Shown piece by piece: positions 6,325 through 16,043 of a stretch of 28,467 nucleotides of DNA; the first letter of the stretch is position 1; each line of letters opens with the position of its first letter. The stretch covers positions 1-28,467 of IMG/VR virus record IMGVR_UViG_3300033067_000650. One strand, 5' to 3'. The notes under the pieces are model-generated. The model had not been told where the DNA came from. It saw only the letters and a list, made by a program, of their open reading frames with translations, and did no database searches. The DNA comes from a virus. Its lineage: Duplodnaviria > Caudoviricetes. The translations under genes and the position numbers were made by a program.

Positions 6325-6626
6325 CAGCGCACCTCAGTCCAGGACAGGGCCCCGGACGTCGCCACGGTGCCGGTGACCATCACCAGCTGCGACTTGCCGG
6401 GCCGGTAGGTGATGTAGCGGGACTGGCGCACCACGGCGTCGCCGGACGTGGCAACACTCAACCGGGCTGCGGATTCGTTGGGGAGATGGGTGCAGGTCCC
6501 GGTGCCGACACTGGTTGTTTCCCACAGCAGCGGCGCCAAGTCGTAGGTCAGGCGGGAGTCGTGCAACGTTTCGGGGAGCCCGACCCGCAGCCTTCCGAAC
6601 GCATCGTTCGCCACCGTTGTTGCCAT
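6324..6626 (-). CDS. phage virion-associated protein of the 'DAFGRLR' type, probably internally deleted
   Basis: NDAFGRLRVGLPETLHDS...YRPGKSQL joined directly to GALSWTEVR. Coupled to both neighbours by TGATG. Confidence 0.6.
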   Translation of the reverse strand: MATTVANDAFGRLRVGLPETLHDSRLTYDLAPLLWETTSVGTGTCTHLPNESAARLSVATSGDAVVRQSRYITYRPGKSQLVMVTGTVATSGALSWTEVR

Positions 6627-6925
6627 CAGGAGACCTCTTCTTCGGTTGGGGTGCGGAGCATGACGACCTGTTCGACGTCTTTCGCGGACACCTCGACGTC
6701 GATCAACACCTGCGTGTAGTCGGCGACGTCGGCTCCGGCTTCGACCCGGTCCGCAACCACCGCGGCGACGGCGTCGCCGATGTTGTCGGGCTGCTGGTCC
6801 GGGTGCAGGTCGGCAACCTTGGCGGCGGGCAGGATGCCGTCGACCACCATTGCGGTGACCTCGTCGACGGTGGCAGGGACGCCACTGGGGATGAACGGAT
6901 CTGAATCAATGATGAAGTCGCTCAT
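6626..6925 (-). CDS. acidic hypothetical protein
   Basis: ATG 6925 overlaps the tail-fibre stop (ATGA). Confidence 0.65.
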   Translation of the reverse strand: MSDFIIDSDPFIPSGVPATVDEVTAMVVDGILPAAKVADLHPDQQPDNIGDAVAAVVADRVEAGADVADYTQVLIDVEVSAKDVEQVVMLRTPTEEEVS

Positions 6926-8421
6926 GCTGGGATGCTCCCTACGGCTGAACCGGGCAATGTGGTGGGCCAAGCGTCACTCGTGACCCAGGTCGCCTGTATG
7001 AACCAACCGGGATTAGGTGTGATGCCCCCTCTGTCGGCACTTATATTTCCGGCGGACGACACCTGGAAAAGCCGAATCGCGTTTGCGGGAGCCAAGATTC
7101 CCAGTCCGAAGGATCTATCGGGACGGAATCCAGACGGGATTGTCCCAATAGTGTCCGACGATGCGCTTGTGGAATCCAGCCACAGGTTCAGCGAGACAAC
7201 GTTTCCCACGCGCCGAATGTGGTTGTACCCACCATGGATAGCCCACGAGTTTGCAACCGTGACAGCCGTATCACGCAGACCAGAATCTGAATACGTTTGC
7301 TGCCAGCGGGCATTGTTGGCATCCCACTGGAACAGTCTGCGACCCACAGACTCGTCGGTGTAGAACCCGAGGTTGGTGATGGGGGTGCCGGGGAGCGCCC
7401 ACTGGCCGCCAGCACCCTCCCAGAAACCGAAACCATCGAAGTAATGAACCTCATTCGCCACCGATGACACAATAGCTATGACTGGTTGAGCATGAACGGT
7501 CCCAGCGGGGGCAACGCCGGTGACCAACACCCGTGTCCACCCCGAGGTAGTAGTGGTTACGGCGGTGCCTGTAGCGGTGCTGATACCCGACCCACCAGCG
7601 TCTCGCCAAACAATCACGGCAAGGGCGCTCCGTGGCGTGGCAGCAGACTTGACATACACCGAAAACGTGTACGTTTGCCCCGCTGTGGCAGGCACGTCAT
7701 ACGTGTATAGACCTGAACTGAGTTGAATCTTGGTGTCATCAGATCCAGTGGAAGTAACGGCGAGAGACTTCGATCCGTACAGCGCCGCATCGGTAGACGC
7801 CGACATGGACGCCACGTTCTGGAACCCAACGAATCCGGTCGTGTCCGTTTCGATACTGGCCTGGTTTGCGGTGAGCAGGTTACCGACCGTGGCGGTGTTC
7901 ACCTTCAACGCCATCGCCGCAGTAGTCAACGGGTTCGCTGTCGGGTCTTCCCAACCGACTTTGGCGACACCTGACCCGGCAGTGTCCACGGTCAGCACAT
8001 GATTGTCGGTGCCCAACGCGAGCCGTCCGAACGTGTCCGCCGCGGAGCCGACAACCAAGTCGCCAGCAGCATCAGCCACAGTTTTCAACACGGCGTCGTC
8101 TGCAATCTGGGCCACCGTGAACGCAGTCGTCGCCACCTGAGTCGTGGACGTGTCGACGGCGGCGGTGGGTGCGGCTGGGACGCCGGTGAACGTAGGCGAC
8201 GCTAGTGGCGCCTTAGCGGATAGGTCGGTGGTCAGGTTCGTGACCTGTGACTGAGCCACGGTCAAAGCCGACTGAGCCACCCAAGCGGCGTCGTAGTCAG
8301 TAGCGGAGGACTTGGACAGCACTGTGCCAGTAGCGCCACCAGCAGGAACGTCGTGGGCAATCGTGTAGCCGACTTCGTCCCACGTGCTCCCATTGAACAC
8401 GTACATAGATCGGGTCGTCAT
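6922..8421 (-). CDS. tail fibre / receptor-binding protein with a carbohydrate-binding (CBM4/9-like) domain
   Basis: KAPLASPTFTGVPAAPTA...TQVATTAF fibre motif; AGQTYTFSVYVKS...WTRVLVTGVAPAG...YFDG CBM-like fold; RRVGNVV...IPSGFRP tip motif. Confidence 0.85.
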   Translation of the reverse strand: MTTRSMYVFNGSTWDEVGYTIAHDVPAGGATGTVLSKSSATDYDAAWVAQSALTVAQSQVTNLTTDLSAKAPLASPTFTGVPAAPTAAVDTSTTQVATTAFTVAQIADDAVLKTVADAAGDLVVGSAADTFGRLALGTDNHVLTVDTAGSGVAKVGWEDPTANPLTTAAMALKVNTATVGNLLTANQASIETDTTGFVGFQNVASMSASTDAALYGSKSLAVTSTGSDDTKIQLSSGLYTYDVPATAGQTYTFSVYVKSAATPRSALAVIVWRDAGGSGISTATGTAVTTTTSGWTRVLVTGVAPAGTVHAQPVIAIVSSVANEVHYFDGFGFWEGAGGQWALPGTPITNLGFYTDESVGRRLFQWDANNARWQQTYSDSGLRDTAVTVANSWAIHGGYNHIRRVGNVVSLNLWLDSTSASSDTIGTIPSGFRPDRSFGLGILAPANAIRLFQVSSAGNISADRGGITPNPGWFIQATWVTSDAWPTTLPGSAVGSIPA

Positions 8422-9104
8422 ACGATCACCCAGCCTGTTCCGGTTGAGACGATGGTGACCGCGTCGGACGGTCCGAGGATCTGCGTCAGCGAGCCGTCAA
8501 TCGTCTGCGTCGAGTAGCCGTCGACGGTGACGGTTCCGGTGCCGGAGTTCTTGACGACGAGTTCCTTCCCCGTCAGACCTGCGGCGGTCGGGAGCGTGAT
8601 CGTGAGGGTCGCGGTGCAGACGATGAGCCAGTCCGTCGCGGTCGGGGTATAGCCGATAGCGGTCGTGTGGACGGCGGTCGACAGGGTCACCGGAGCCGAG
8701 TCACTGTCAACCCAGAAGTCACCTTGCCGCGGGGAGACCGGAGCGGTGGCCTGGTAGGAGATGTACGCCGGCGGGGTCGGTGTCGAATCACTGTCGACCC
8801 AGACGTCTCCCGCGTTCGGACTGGTCGGCGCGGTGGCCTGCTCGTAGATCCTCGGCAACGTCACCCAGGACGCGTCGAAGTCGGTCGCCGAGTCTTTGAC
8901 GAGCAGCTGCGCGATGGTCCCGCCGGGTGGAAGTCCGTCGGCGCCGGCGTCGTCCACCCACGGAAGATCGGCCCACGCCGAGACCCCATCCCCAACTTTG
9001 AGCCGATGGGTGTCGGTGGTGACCCCGATCTCGCGTGCGCGCAGCGTCGGCCCGGCGGTGTCCCACTCGTATTCGGTGCCACCGCGTAACCGGATCAGGC
9101 TCAC
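8418..9104 (-). CDS. minor tail/fibre protein with Mtd-N/hyaluronidase-N-like anchor
   Basis: IRLRGGTEYEW...REIGVTTDTHRLKVGDGVSAWADLP, two QATAPxSPxxGDxWVDSDS repeats, C-terminal TITLPTAA...TIDG domain. Confidence 0.8.
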   Translation of the reverse strand: MSLIRLRGGTEYEWDTAGPTLRAREIGVTTDTHRLKVGDGVSAWADLPWVDDAGADGLPPGGTIAQLLVKDSATDFDASWVTLPRIYEQATAPTSPNAGDVWVDSDSTPTPPAYISYQATAPVSPRQGDFWVDSDSAPVTLSTAVHTTAIGYTPTATDWLIVCTATLTITLPTAAGLTGKELVVKNSGTGTVTVDGYSTQTIDGSLTQILGPSDAVTIVSTGTGWVIV

Positions 9105-10204
9105 GGGGAACCTCCGTCGGGACTGACCGACATACCTAGCCTGACCCGGCTTCGCGGTTCGGCCGTTGCCGTCAGGACGCCACCGGGGGAAGGTGCGAGG
9201 TTCACTGTTCCGGGTTCCCTATGACTCGGCTCCGAATACAGTTTCACCTTTGAATAGAGCGCGGCGGTGGCGTGTCCGTCGACGGTGCGGTTGATCCCCA
9301 GCGCCACGGTCGCCACCGATGCTGCGCCAGTGACGGCAGCAGTCGCGACCTCGACGTTGTCGACTTCCACCGTCAAGGTGTCGGCGGACCGCGATACCCA
9401 GTAGGTGTGCCACTGGGTCGGGTCGATCGGGTTGGCGGACGTCGCCGTGAATATGTTTCCGACCGCGTCGCGGGTCTTCGCAACGACGTGATTCGTACTG
9501 TTGATGGCGAGGTAGACGGCGCTGGCTACGTCTCCGGCGGTGCCAGCGATGTCGTGCGCGACGTCGGCCGCCGTGAACTTGGCCCGGACGATCAGCGTCC
9601 ACCATGCGCTTGATGTGAACGTAGATGTGACCAGGCTACCCGCACTGTCGAAAGTGACCGCCTGGTCTGCAGCGACGTATTCCATCGTCGTATTAGCCGA
9701 GGACAGGATTGTGTGGGGGTAGGACGTGTAGGCGGTGCGCTCATTGCCTGACAGGTCACGGCAGTACCGCAGATTCGTGCCGTCGGGGTAGGTGCCACGA
9801 CCGGACGGATTCGACCAGTCGAAGAACGCCACCGCGAACGTGTCGCCACCAGTGAGGTCGTCGCCGGTGTTCGCCTCCGACCATTCCGCGTCGAGATATG
9901 TGTCGCGCTCGGCGTAGTCGATCCCGACCATCGTCCGTACGATCTTCGGACACGCGCCGGCATCATCCTGATACGTCGGCGGTGTCAGTAGCGCCCAGTT
10001 GTACTGGTAGGACCCGGATATCCCGCTGTTGTAGAGCGACACGGGATAGGTTCCGTCTTCGGCTGTCAGCGTCCACCGGAAGTCGGCCACTCCGCCGGGG
10101 ATGGTGATCGTCCACGTCCAGGTACCCGTACACGGATTGTCCTCGCCGAACTGGTCTTCGTTCAGTGACCAGCCGGCCTCCTGATGCAGGTAGACGGTCG
10201 ACAT
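9101..10204 (-). CDS. minor tail protein with a LamG/concanavalin-like domain
   Basis: ATG 10204 (TGATG overlap). DLSGNER and QWHTYWVSRSADTLTVEVDNVEV motifs. Confidence 0.75.
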   Translation of the reverse strand: MSTVYLHQEAGWSLNEDQFGEDNPCTGTWTWTITIPGGVADFRWTLTAEDGTYPVSLYNSGISGSYQYNWALLTPPTYQDDAGACPKIVRTMVGIDYAERDTYLDAEWSEANTGDDLTGGDTFAVAFFDWSNPSGRGTYPDGTNLRYCRDLSGNERTAYTSYPHTILSSANTTMEYVAADQAVTFDSAGSLVTSTFTSSAWWTLIVRAKFTAADVAHDIAGTAGDVASAVYLAINSTNHVVAKTRDAVGNIFTATSANPIDPTQWHTYWVSRSADTLTVEVDNVEVATAAVTGAASVATVALGINRTVDGHATAALYSKVKLYSEPSHREPGTVNLAPSPGGVLTATAEPRSRVRLGMSVSPDGGSP

Positions 10205-12480
10205 CAGACGGAACTGACTTCCAGCGCGAACCATCCGGCAGGAATGTACGGCGCCTCATTCGGTCCGACGGAGATCGGCGTCGGCAACGTCACCACGGAC
10301 TGAATCGCAGAGTTGGTCGTATCCCACACCGCGATATGGGTCACGGTCCACGCGGTCGCGCCACTGTTCGACGCGAAGGTGAGGTCAGTGTTTGTACTGC
10401 GCGTCACCGGATCGTTACCGGTGTAGACAGCGAACGCCGTCAGTGGGACCAATAGCCGCGCATAGCCGCTGCCGGCGAGCTCATTTGCGTTCGTCCATTC
10501 ACCGTCGGTTGCGGTGAGTTCGCCGGTGTGCAGTGACAGGTAGATCCTGTCGTTTGCGTCGTTGAGAGTGTTCCAGGCGAGCATCATCTCTTGTGCGACG
10601 GTCGCGCTCACGTCACCCATGCCGTACTCCACATCTCCGCTGCCGGGGTCGTCGGGTGGAACGTCTGGATTAGCCGGATCACCTGTCGGTGGCGCGGGTC
10701 CGGCGGGCCGGGACGGGTTCGGTGTCCACCCGTTGCCGCCGTTGCCGCCGTTGCCGCCGCCGGGTCCGGCCTGGTTCGGTGCCCCGCCGCCGGCCTGGTT
10801 CGGTGCCCCGCCGCCGGCCATGCCGGAGGCGATCCTCGCGTTGTCAATGATCCTCTGCAGCCGATCCAGCTGCTCCCGGCTGAGCGCGTCGAGTTCGATC
10901 GTGTAGTCGACGGCCCCGGTCTGGCCGTTGGCTCGCATCGCGATCGAGATCACGCGGCGATCGGTCTGGCCGTCCTTCGTCGCCACCGAGATCCGGTCCC
11001 CGACGTTGAAGTCGGCCCACGGGGTATTGCTCGCATCTGGGTAGTAGGTGACCGTGACGGATTCTGCGGGGATGGCGGCGCGCTGCAGCGTCGCCGTCGC
11101 AACCGTGGTCGCCGAGGCGCCTTCGAGTGAGCCGATGTCGAGGTAGGCCTCGATCCGACCATAGGCCGACACGGAAGCGGAGTATTGCCGTGTCGACCAG
11201 CCGTCGTCGGAGGCGACCAGGAGCAGGTTGCGGATCGCGACGTCGACCTCTTCAGTCAACTCCTGTACGTGCTCGGCGGCGGTCAACTCCACCGTGGCGG
11301 ACAGGTCCGTTCCACGGCTGACCCACGCGTCGAGGACGTGGGTCTGCGGGTGCACCCGGATATCGGTTCCGGTGCGGTCGCGCATCGACTGCACGACGGT
11401 CCAGTAGGTGTCTCCGACCCCGAAGCTCCAGAAGTAGCGGGTCCAGTCGACCCCGTCGGAATCGACGTCGTCAGTGAACCCGGCAGTGAGGTAATCCGCG
11501 GAGACGACGTTACGGGTCTGCGCTTCGTCGAGGAGCGCTCCGAGGACTTCGCCGGCGGTCCAGCCAGGCTCCGACGCGGGGTAGGCGAGCATGTACCAGT
11601 TCGGTCCGCCAGTGCGACTGACAACGGTCTCGACCTCGTCGCCTTGCGCGTTCTCCGTCACCCGGACCAGGACCGCGATGACGCCGGCGAATCCGCCACC
11701 GTTACGGGTGCGGAGTGCGATGAGATGCTGTCCTGCGTCAAGGGTGAAGTCCGCGACATAGGTCCGGCGGTAGCAGCCGACGTCCCTGACTTTGACGAGC
11801 GGTTCCCCGTCGAGGAGGACGTCCACCCGTGACTTGCCGGTGAAGTAGAGGCGGTAGTTCGTGTCGTTGGCGACGACGGTCCACGGGTAGCGCAGGTAGA
11901 CATCCCCGGCGGGTGCGCCTTGCCATGCCGTAGCCCTATCCCAGACCCACCAGACGTTGCCGTCGGCCGACGTCGGCCAGTTCGTGGGACGGTAGCGGAA
12001 CGGGTTAGACGGTTGGGTGAAGTCGGATCCGCCGCGCTTCTTTACCCGCGTCGGTGAGCCCCAGTTGAACGCCGAATACCAGGCGCCAGCCTTCGAGCCC
12101 CAGTTGAACCAGCGGGTCGACCCGGAGTACGGATGGGTGAACTCGTGGAACAGGACGCTTTCGTCGAGCCATGCGTTCAGACCCGGACCGCTGACAGTCC
12201 ACGCTTCCGACGCGGCGGCGCCTTCCCCGACGACCGTAGTCGCCTTCTTCGTGATGAACCACGCGGCGACGACATCGGAACCGATCTGCACCTTGACGAC
12301 GTTCCGGTAGTCGAGCAGATGGGGGTACGCGGCGAGGGTGTCGTTGTCGAACGCCAGCGTGAGCGACCCGCCACCTTGGCCTTCGAGCTCTTCCATTGCG
12401 GTGAGGTCGAGGTAGTCGGCGACGAACGCAACGAAGGTCGTTCCGTCGGGTTCGTAGACCTTGACGTCGGCAACGGTCAT
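10204..12480 (-). CDS. baseplate hub / large minor tail protein
   Basis: Start re-assigned to ATG 12480 (ATGA overlap with Dit). Hub motifs GGGSLTL, SAYGRIE, DFNVGDRI. Beta insert, Gly/Pro linker and C-terminal YLSLHTG..NELAGSGYAR domain. Confidence 0.8.
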   Translation of the reverse strand: MTVADVKVYEPDGTTFVAFVADYLDLTAMEELEGQGGGSLTLAFDNDTLAAYPHLLDYRNVVKVQIGSDVVAAWFITKKATTVVGEGAAASEAWTVSGPGLNAWLDESVLFHEFTHPYSGSTRWFNWGSKAGAWYSAFNWGSPTRVKKRGGSDFTQPSNPFRYRPTNWPTSADGNVWWVWDRATAWQGAPAGDVYLRYPWTVVANDTNYRLYFTGKSRVDVLLDGEPLVKVRDVGCYRRTYVADFTLDAGQHLIALRTRNGGGFAGVIAVLVRVTENAQGDEVETVVSRTGGPNWYMLAYPASEPGWTAGEVLGALLDEAQTRNVVSADYLTAGFTDDVDSDGVDWTRYFWSFGVGDTYWTVVQSMRDRTGTDIRVHPQTHVLDAWVSRGTDLSATVELTAAEHVQELTEEVDVAIRNLLLVASDDGWSTRQYSASVSAYGRIEAYLDIGSLEGASATTVATATLQRAAIPAESVTVTYYPDASNTPWADFNVGDRISVATKDGQTDRRVISIAMRANGQTGAVDYTIELDALSREQLDRLQRIIDNARIASGMAGGGAPNQAGGGAPNQAGPGGGNGGNGGNGWTPNPSRPAGPAPPTGDPANPDVPPDDPGSGDVEYGMGDVSATVAQEMMLAWNTLNDANDRIYLSLHTGELTATDGEWTNANELAGSGYARLLVPLTAFAVYTGNDPVTRSTNTDLTFASNSGATAWTVTHIAVWDTTNSAIQSVVTLPTPISVGPNEAPYIPAGWFALEVSSV
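10730..10819. repeat. in-frame tandem repeats in the hub linker
   Basis: 24-bp ccggcctggttcggtgccccgccg x2 (10766-10813) and 9-bp ccgttgccg x3 (10730-10756), encoding (GGGAPNQA)2 and (GGN)3. Confidence 0.85.
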
Positions 12481-12962
12481 AGGTACGGGGTCGTGCCGTC
12501 GTAGAAGTACGGATCGGCCATGAACACATCGGCGGAGAACCGTAGGCCTTGCATCCCAAGATTGACCGGCTCGAGGCCGCCGGCGAACACTCCATACCCG
12601 ACAGCGGTCAGCGCGCCGACGGACATAATCCCGGCGCGGGACCGCTTCGTGATCGCCAACTGACTCGACCCCGCACCCCAGAACAGCGCGCGCAGCTGAA
12701 CCCAGTTCTTCTTGAGTTGAGTCTCGGACGGGTTCGCGCCGGCAGAGTCGCAGTTGAAGACGACCATGTTGAACGTGAGTGTCCGGGAGTCCACGACGCG
12801 CTCCCGCCACACCTGACCGCTCTTGTACGGGACGGTGATCGTGTCGCCACGGTACGGCGGGGGAGCTTCGAGCGGGCCGAAGTCCTCGATGGTCCAGCGC
12901 AACGTCTGCAGGCTGGTCCCGTTGATCGACCAGTACTCGGAGGTCGTGTTCGTATCGGTCAT
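12477..12962 (-). CDS. distal tail (Dit-like) protein
   Basis: Follows the TMP. PPYRGDTITVPYKSG...SRTLTF...ADPYFY. Confidence 0.75.
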   Translation of the reverse strand: MTDTNTTSEYWSINGTSLQTLRWTIEDFGPLEAPPPYRGDTITVPYKSGQVWRERVVDSRTLTFNMVVFNCDSAGANPSETQLKKNWVQLRALFWGAGSSQLAITKRSRAGIMSVGALTAVGYGVFAGGLEPVNLGMQGLRFSADVFMADPYFYDGTTPYL

Positions 12963-14776
12963 CGCGCGCTCACGTGCTGCAGTTTGCGGATCGACCTCGG
13001 CAGCGAGTCAGAGGCCGACTCGGGCTTCGGATTGTTGATGATGAGTTGTCCGACCTGCACGCCGCTACCGCCGCCGGGTGGCGGTCCGCCCTGGCGCCAC
13101 GCCTCCAACCGTGCCGGGGAGACCTGCGCGACCTGGCGGCGGGTCAGCACCCATTCGCCGGGGGTCGTCAGGACGGGTGTGGTGTCGCGTGTGCCGGTGC
13201 CGGGGATCATCCCACCGGAGGCGAATCCGCCGCCTCCACCGTTGCCGGTCGAACTAGCCTCACCGGGGAGCGTTATCAGGCCTCCGAGCGGTGTGCCGTT
13301 GAGGAACTCGATGAAGGCCTTGACCTTGTCCCAGGTGAACTGGATAACCCCGATGACGACCTTCATCGCGCCGGAGATCAGCTGGAACGATGCCACCATG
13401 ACGCCGGCGAGGATCGGCACGACGTCCTTGAGCGTCGGCCAGATCTCGGCGTCCCAGTAGGCTTTGAAGTCGGTTAGCGTCTTCTTGAGGTCGGTCCAGA
13501 TCGCAGTCATGCGCTCCCGGAACTTCTCATTGTGATTCCACAGCCACCACACGGCAGCGCCGAGCGCGGCGACAGCAACGACGACGGCGAGGACGATCCA
13601 CGTGATCGGGTTCGCGAGTAGCGACAGGTTGAGCGCGCCGAACGCGCCGGCCAGACCTCGGATCGCTCCGGCGAGCGCGCCGATGACGCCAAGCTTCGTC
13701 AAGACGATGAGCGCCGCCGTGAACTCCTTTACAGGAGCCGGGAGTTTGCTGAACCATTGCCACGCCAGCCCGAGCCACGCGGAGACGCGCTGGAACGCGC
13801 TTGCCACCGAACTGACGATGTCTCTAATCGTCGGCCAGTTCTCCCGGATCTTGTCGGCGAAGGTCTTGATCGTCACCGCGAATCCCTGCACCGTCGCCAC
13901 GACCTGCGGCATGTTCTGCGACAACTGCTGGACCATCCGAACCGCTATGTCCCCTAGCGCCTTCAGCGCTGGCGTAATCGCCAGTGTCAGCGGCGGGATG
14001 ATCTTGACCAGCGCTTGCTGGATCTGAGTCAGTGCGGGGAACAGCGCCTTCCCGAGGCCGACCTTCGCGCCTTCGGAGGCCATCTTCAGTTCCCGCTGAG
14101 CGGCGACGAACTTCTTGATGTTCTCCTGGTCGACCTTCGACAGGGTCATGCCGTACTTCTCGGTCTGCTTCGCGAGTTCCGCGATCCCCTTGCTGCCACG
14201 GTTCAGCATCGGCAGCATTTCAGTCCCGGATCGGCCGAACAACTTCAGTGCGAGAGCGGACTTCGCTGCGCCGTTCGGCATCGCCTTGAACTTGTCGGCG
14301 ACGTCCATCAGGATGTCATTCGTCGGCCGGATCTTGCCGTTCGCGTCCTTCGTCTTGATCCCGAGCGCCTCGAACGCTTTACCGCCGGCGTAGACCTGAC
14401 GGGACAGTGTCCGCATCCCCATCGCCATAGCGTCAGTCGAGACGCCGCCGAGTTGCGCCGCACCCCGCAGGGTCGACATCTCCTCGATCGTTCCGCCGAG
14501 GACCCTTTGCAGACCCATCGACTCGGAGCCGACATCGCGGAACGCCTGCACCGACGCGGTCGCGAACTTCTTGACCCCGACGGCCGCGGCGATCAGTCCT
14601 CCGGCGGCGGCGAGTCCGCCGAGTGACTTCGTGAACCCCGACGAGAACGACTTGCCAGTCGTCTTCCCCATCGCGTGACCGGTGGCGGCAGGCTTGACGT
14701 CGCGCTCGATGGCCTTAGCGAATCCCTTGGTGCTCGGGATGATCGAAACGTAGGCGGTCCCCACTGATACGGCCAT
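12959..14776 (-). CDS. tape measure protein
   Basis: VGTAYVSIIPSTKGF N-terminus, ALKLFGRSGTEMLPML, ANPITWIV, FASGG...PGEWVL. Follows the chaperones. Confidence 0.92.
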   Translation of the reverse strand: MAVSVGTAYVSIIPSTKGFAKAIERDVKPAATGHAMGKTTGKSFSSGFTKSLGGLAAAGGLIAAAVGVKKFATASVQAFRDVGSESMGLQRVLGGTIEEMSTLRGAAQLGGVSTDAMAMGMRTLSRQVYAGGKAFEALGIKTKDANGKIRPTNDILMDVADKFKAMPNGAAKSALALKLFGRSGTEMLPMLNRGSKGIAELAKQTEKYGMTLSKVDQENIKKFVAAQRELKMASEGAKVGLGKALFPALTQIQQALVKIIPPLTLAITPALKALGDIAVRMVQQLSQNMPQVVATVQGFAVTIKTFADKIRENWPTIRDIVSSVASAFQRVSAWLGLAWQWFSKLPAPVKEFTAALIVLTKLGVIGALAGAIRGLAGAFGALNLSLLANPITWIVLAVVVAVAALGAAVWWLWNHNEKFRERMTAIWTDLKKTLTDFKAYWDAEIWPTLKDVVPILAGVMVASFQLISGAMKVVIGVIQFTWDKVKAFIEFLNGTPLGGLITLPGEASSTGNGGGGGFASGGMIPGTGTRDTTPVLTTPGEWVLTRRQVAQVSPARLEAWRQGGPPPGGGSGVQVGQLIINNPKPESASDSLPRSIRKLQHVSAR

Positions 14777-15452
14777 TAGGCGACCCTCACCTTCGAGTTG
14801 AGTAGCGCACGTTGCTCGGGAGTCAGCCGCTTCACCGGCTTGACGTCACCGGGTCTCGGCATCAGGTCCGGCGGCTGGAGGCGTTCCTTCGAGTTGACCT
14901 GGCGCAACGTCCACGTCAGGACCACGACCGCGTCAAACACGTTCGCAAGGAGTTGCTGATCGAGCGACCACTGTCGCGGGACCGCGTTAGCCGGTGACTC
15001 GGTCGCCATCTGCGGCGCCAGTTTCGACATCGTTGCCGACTCCGGCGGTAGCGCGGCGACGAGAACCCCGAGCCGTCGGAGTGTCAGGTCGCCGCGCCAC
15101 AGGTCCCGCAGGTCGATCCGGTAGAACCGGGCGAGGTCCGCCTCTACCTCGTCCGCGCAGTCGCGCAGCAGCCGGCAGAGGCTGACTATTCCCCCGAGGT
15201 CATCCCGTACGCCGAGTGGATCGTTTCGACCAGAACCTCGAGGTCCGCCGGCTTCGGTTTCGCCGCGCGGAACTCCTCGTACTGCTCCGGTCCGAGCATC
15301 TGCTCAACTGCGAGCGTGGGACGGTCGCGCTCCCAGTAGTGCAGGAAGTCCATCATCCACGTTTCAGGCGGTGCGATGGTGAACTTCTTGTCTCGCCAGG
15401 TGACGGTCTGCGACTCGCTCAGAGCCTCCGACCGGACGGCCTCTACAGACAT
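14776..15452 (-). CDS. tail assembly chaperone, long form (-1 frameshift at 15195-15189)
   Basis: Slippery GGGGGAA just before TAG. The -1 frame continues EADLARFYRIDLRDLWRG...LPPESAT and runs into ORF 14776..15030. Confidence 0.85.
15186..15452 (-). CDS. tail assembly chaperone, short form
   Basis: Lies between the major tail gene and the TMP. MLGPEQYEEF motif; ends SGE*. Confidence 0.85.
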   Translation of the reverse strand: MSVEAVRSEALSESQTVTWRDKKFTIAPPETWMMDFLHYWERDRPTLAVEQMLGPEQYEEFRAAKPKPADLEVLVETIHSAYGMTSGE

Positions 15453-16009
15453 CAGCTGGTCAGGTCGTTATCGAACAACTTGTTGACAGCAGCGGCGAGC
15501 GTGGTGTCGTACAAGGCGGTGATGGTCACCTCGAACTTGGACGCGTCGCCGGACTGCTCGACGACCGCGCCACGATCGGTCACGATGCCACGCGGAATGA
15601 CGTAGGTCGTGATCGAGTCGTCGCTGGAGTCGATGCAGGAGATCACGAACGACTGAGCGGTCGAGTCCGGCTGACCGATCAGCGCGTGCGACTGGTTGCC
15701 GAGCTGGCTCGTCACGGTGGTGCCGTAGTACAGGTTCTGAACTGTCGCGGCGTCAGCCTCCAAGAACGTCAGCTTGAACGTCACGCTGTTCTCGGTGTTG
15801 AAGGCGCGGATCGGCTGACCCTGCCAGTTCCGGACCACGTCAGACGAGACGCTGAACGCGACCTCGAGACCGTCCTGGCTGATCTCGCCGCAGTCGACGA
15901 ACGCGACATTCAGCGAGGAGACCTCGGAGGCCTTGCTCGGCAGGGTCGTGCCGTAGGGAGCGACGTGGCATGTGCCATTCGTCGCGACGTTCACATTGGT
16001 TGCACCCAT
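15452..16009 (-). CDS. major tail protein
   Basis: VAPYGTTLP...GEISQDG...RNWQG...TFKLTFLE...FEVTITA. Confidence 0.9.
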   Translation of the reverse strand: MGATNVNVATNGTCHVAPYGTTLPSKASEVSSLNVAFVDCGEISQDGLEVAFSVSSDVVRNWQGQPIRAFNTENSVTFKLTFLEADAATVQNLYYGTTVTSQLGNQSHALIGQPDSTAQSFVISCIDSSDDSITTYVIPRGIVTDRGAVVEQSGDASKFEVTITALYDTTLAAAVNKLFDNDLTS

Positions 16010-16043
16010 GAGGGAGTAACTCCAATCTGGGGACGATACCCCG

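Noticed and set aside
6922-9104. Possible diversity-generating retroelement because of the Mtd-N-like domain
   Set aside because: No reverse transcriptase and no template/variable repeat pair seen in the window.
12481-12810. N-terminal extension of the 868-aa ORF
   Set aside because: Overlaps the Dit-like gene in another frame. The ATGA-coupled start at 12480 is more plausible.
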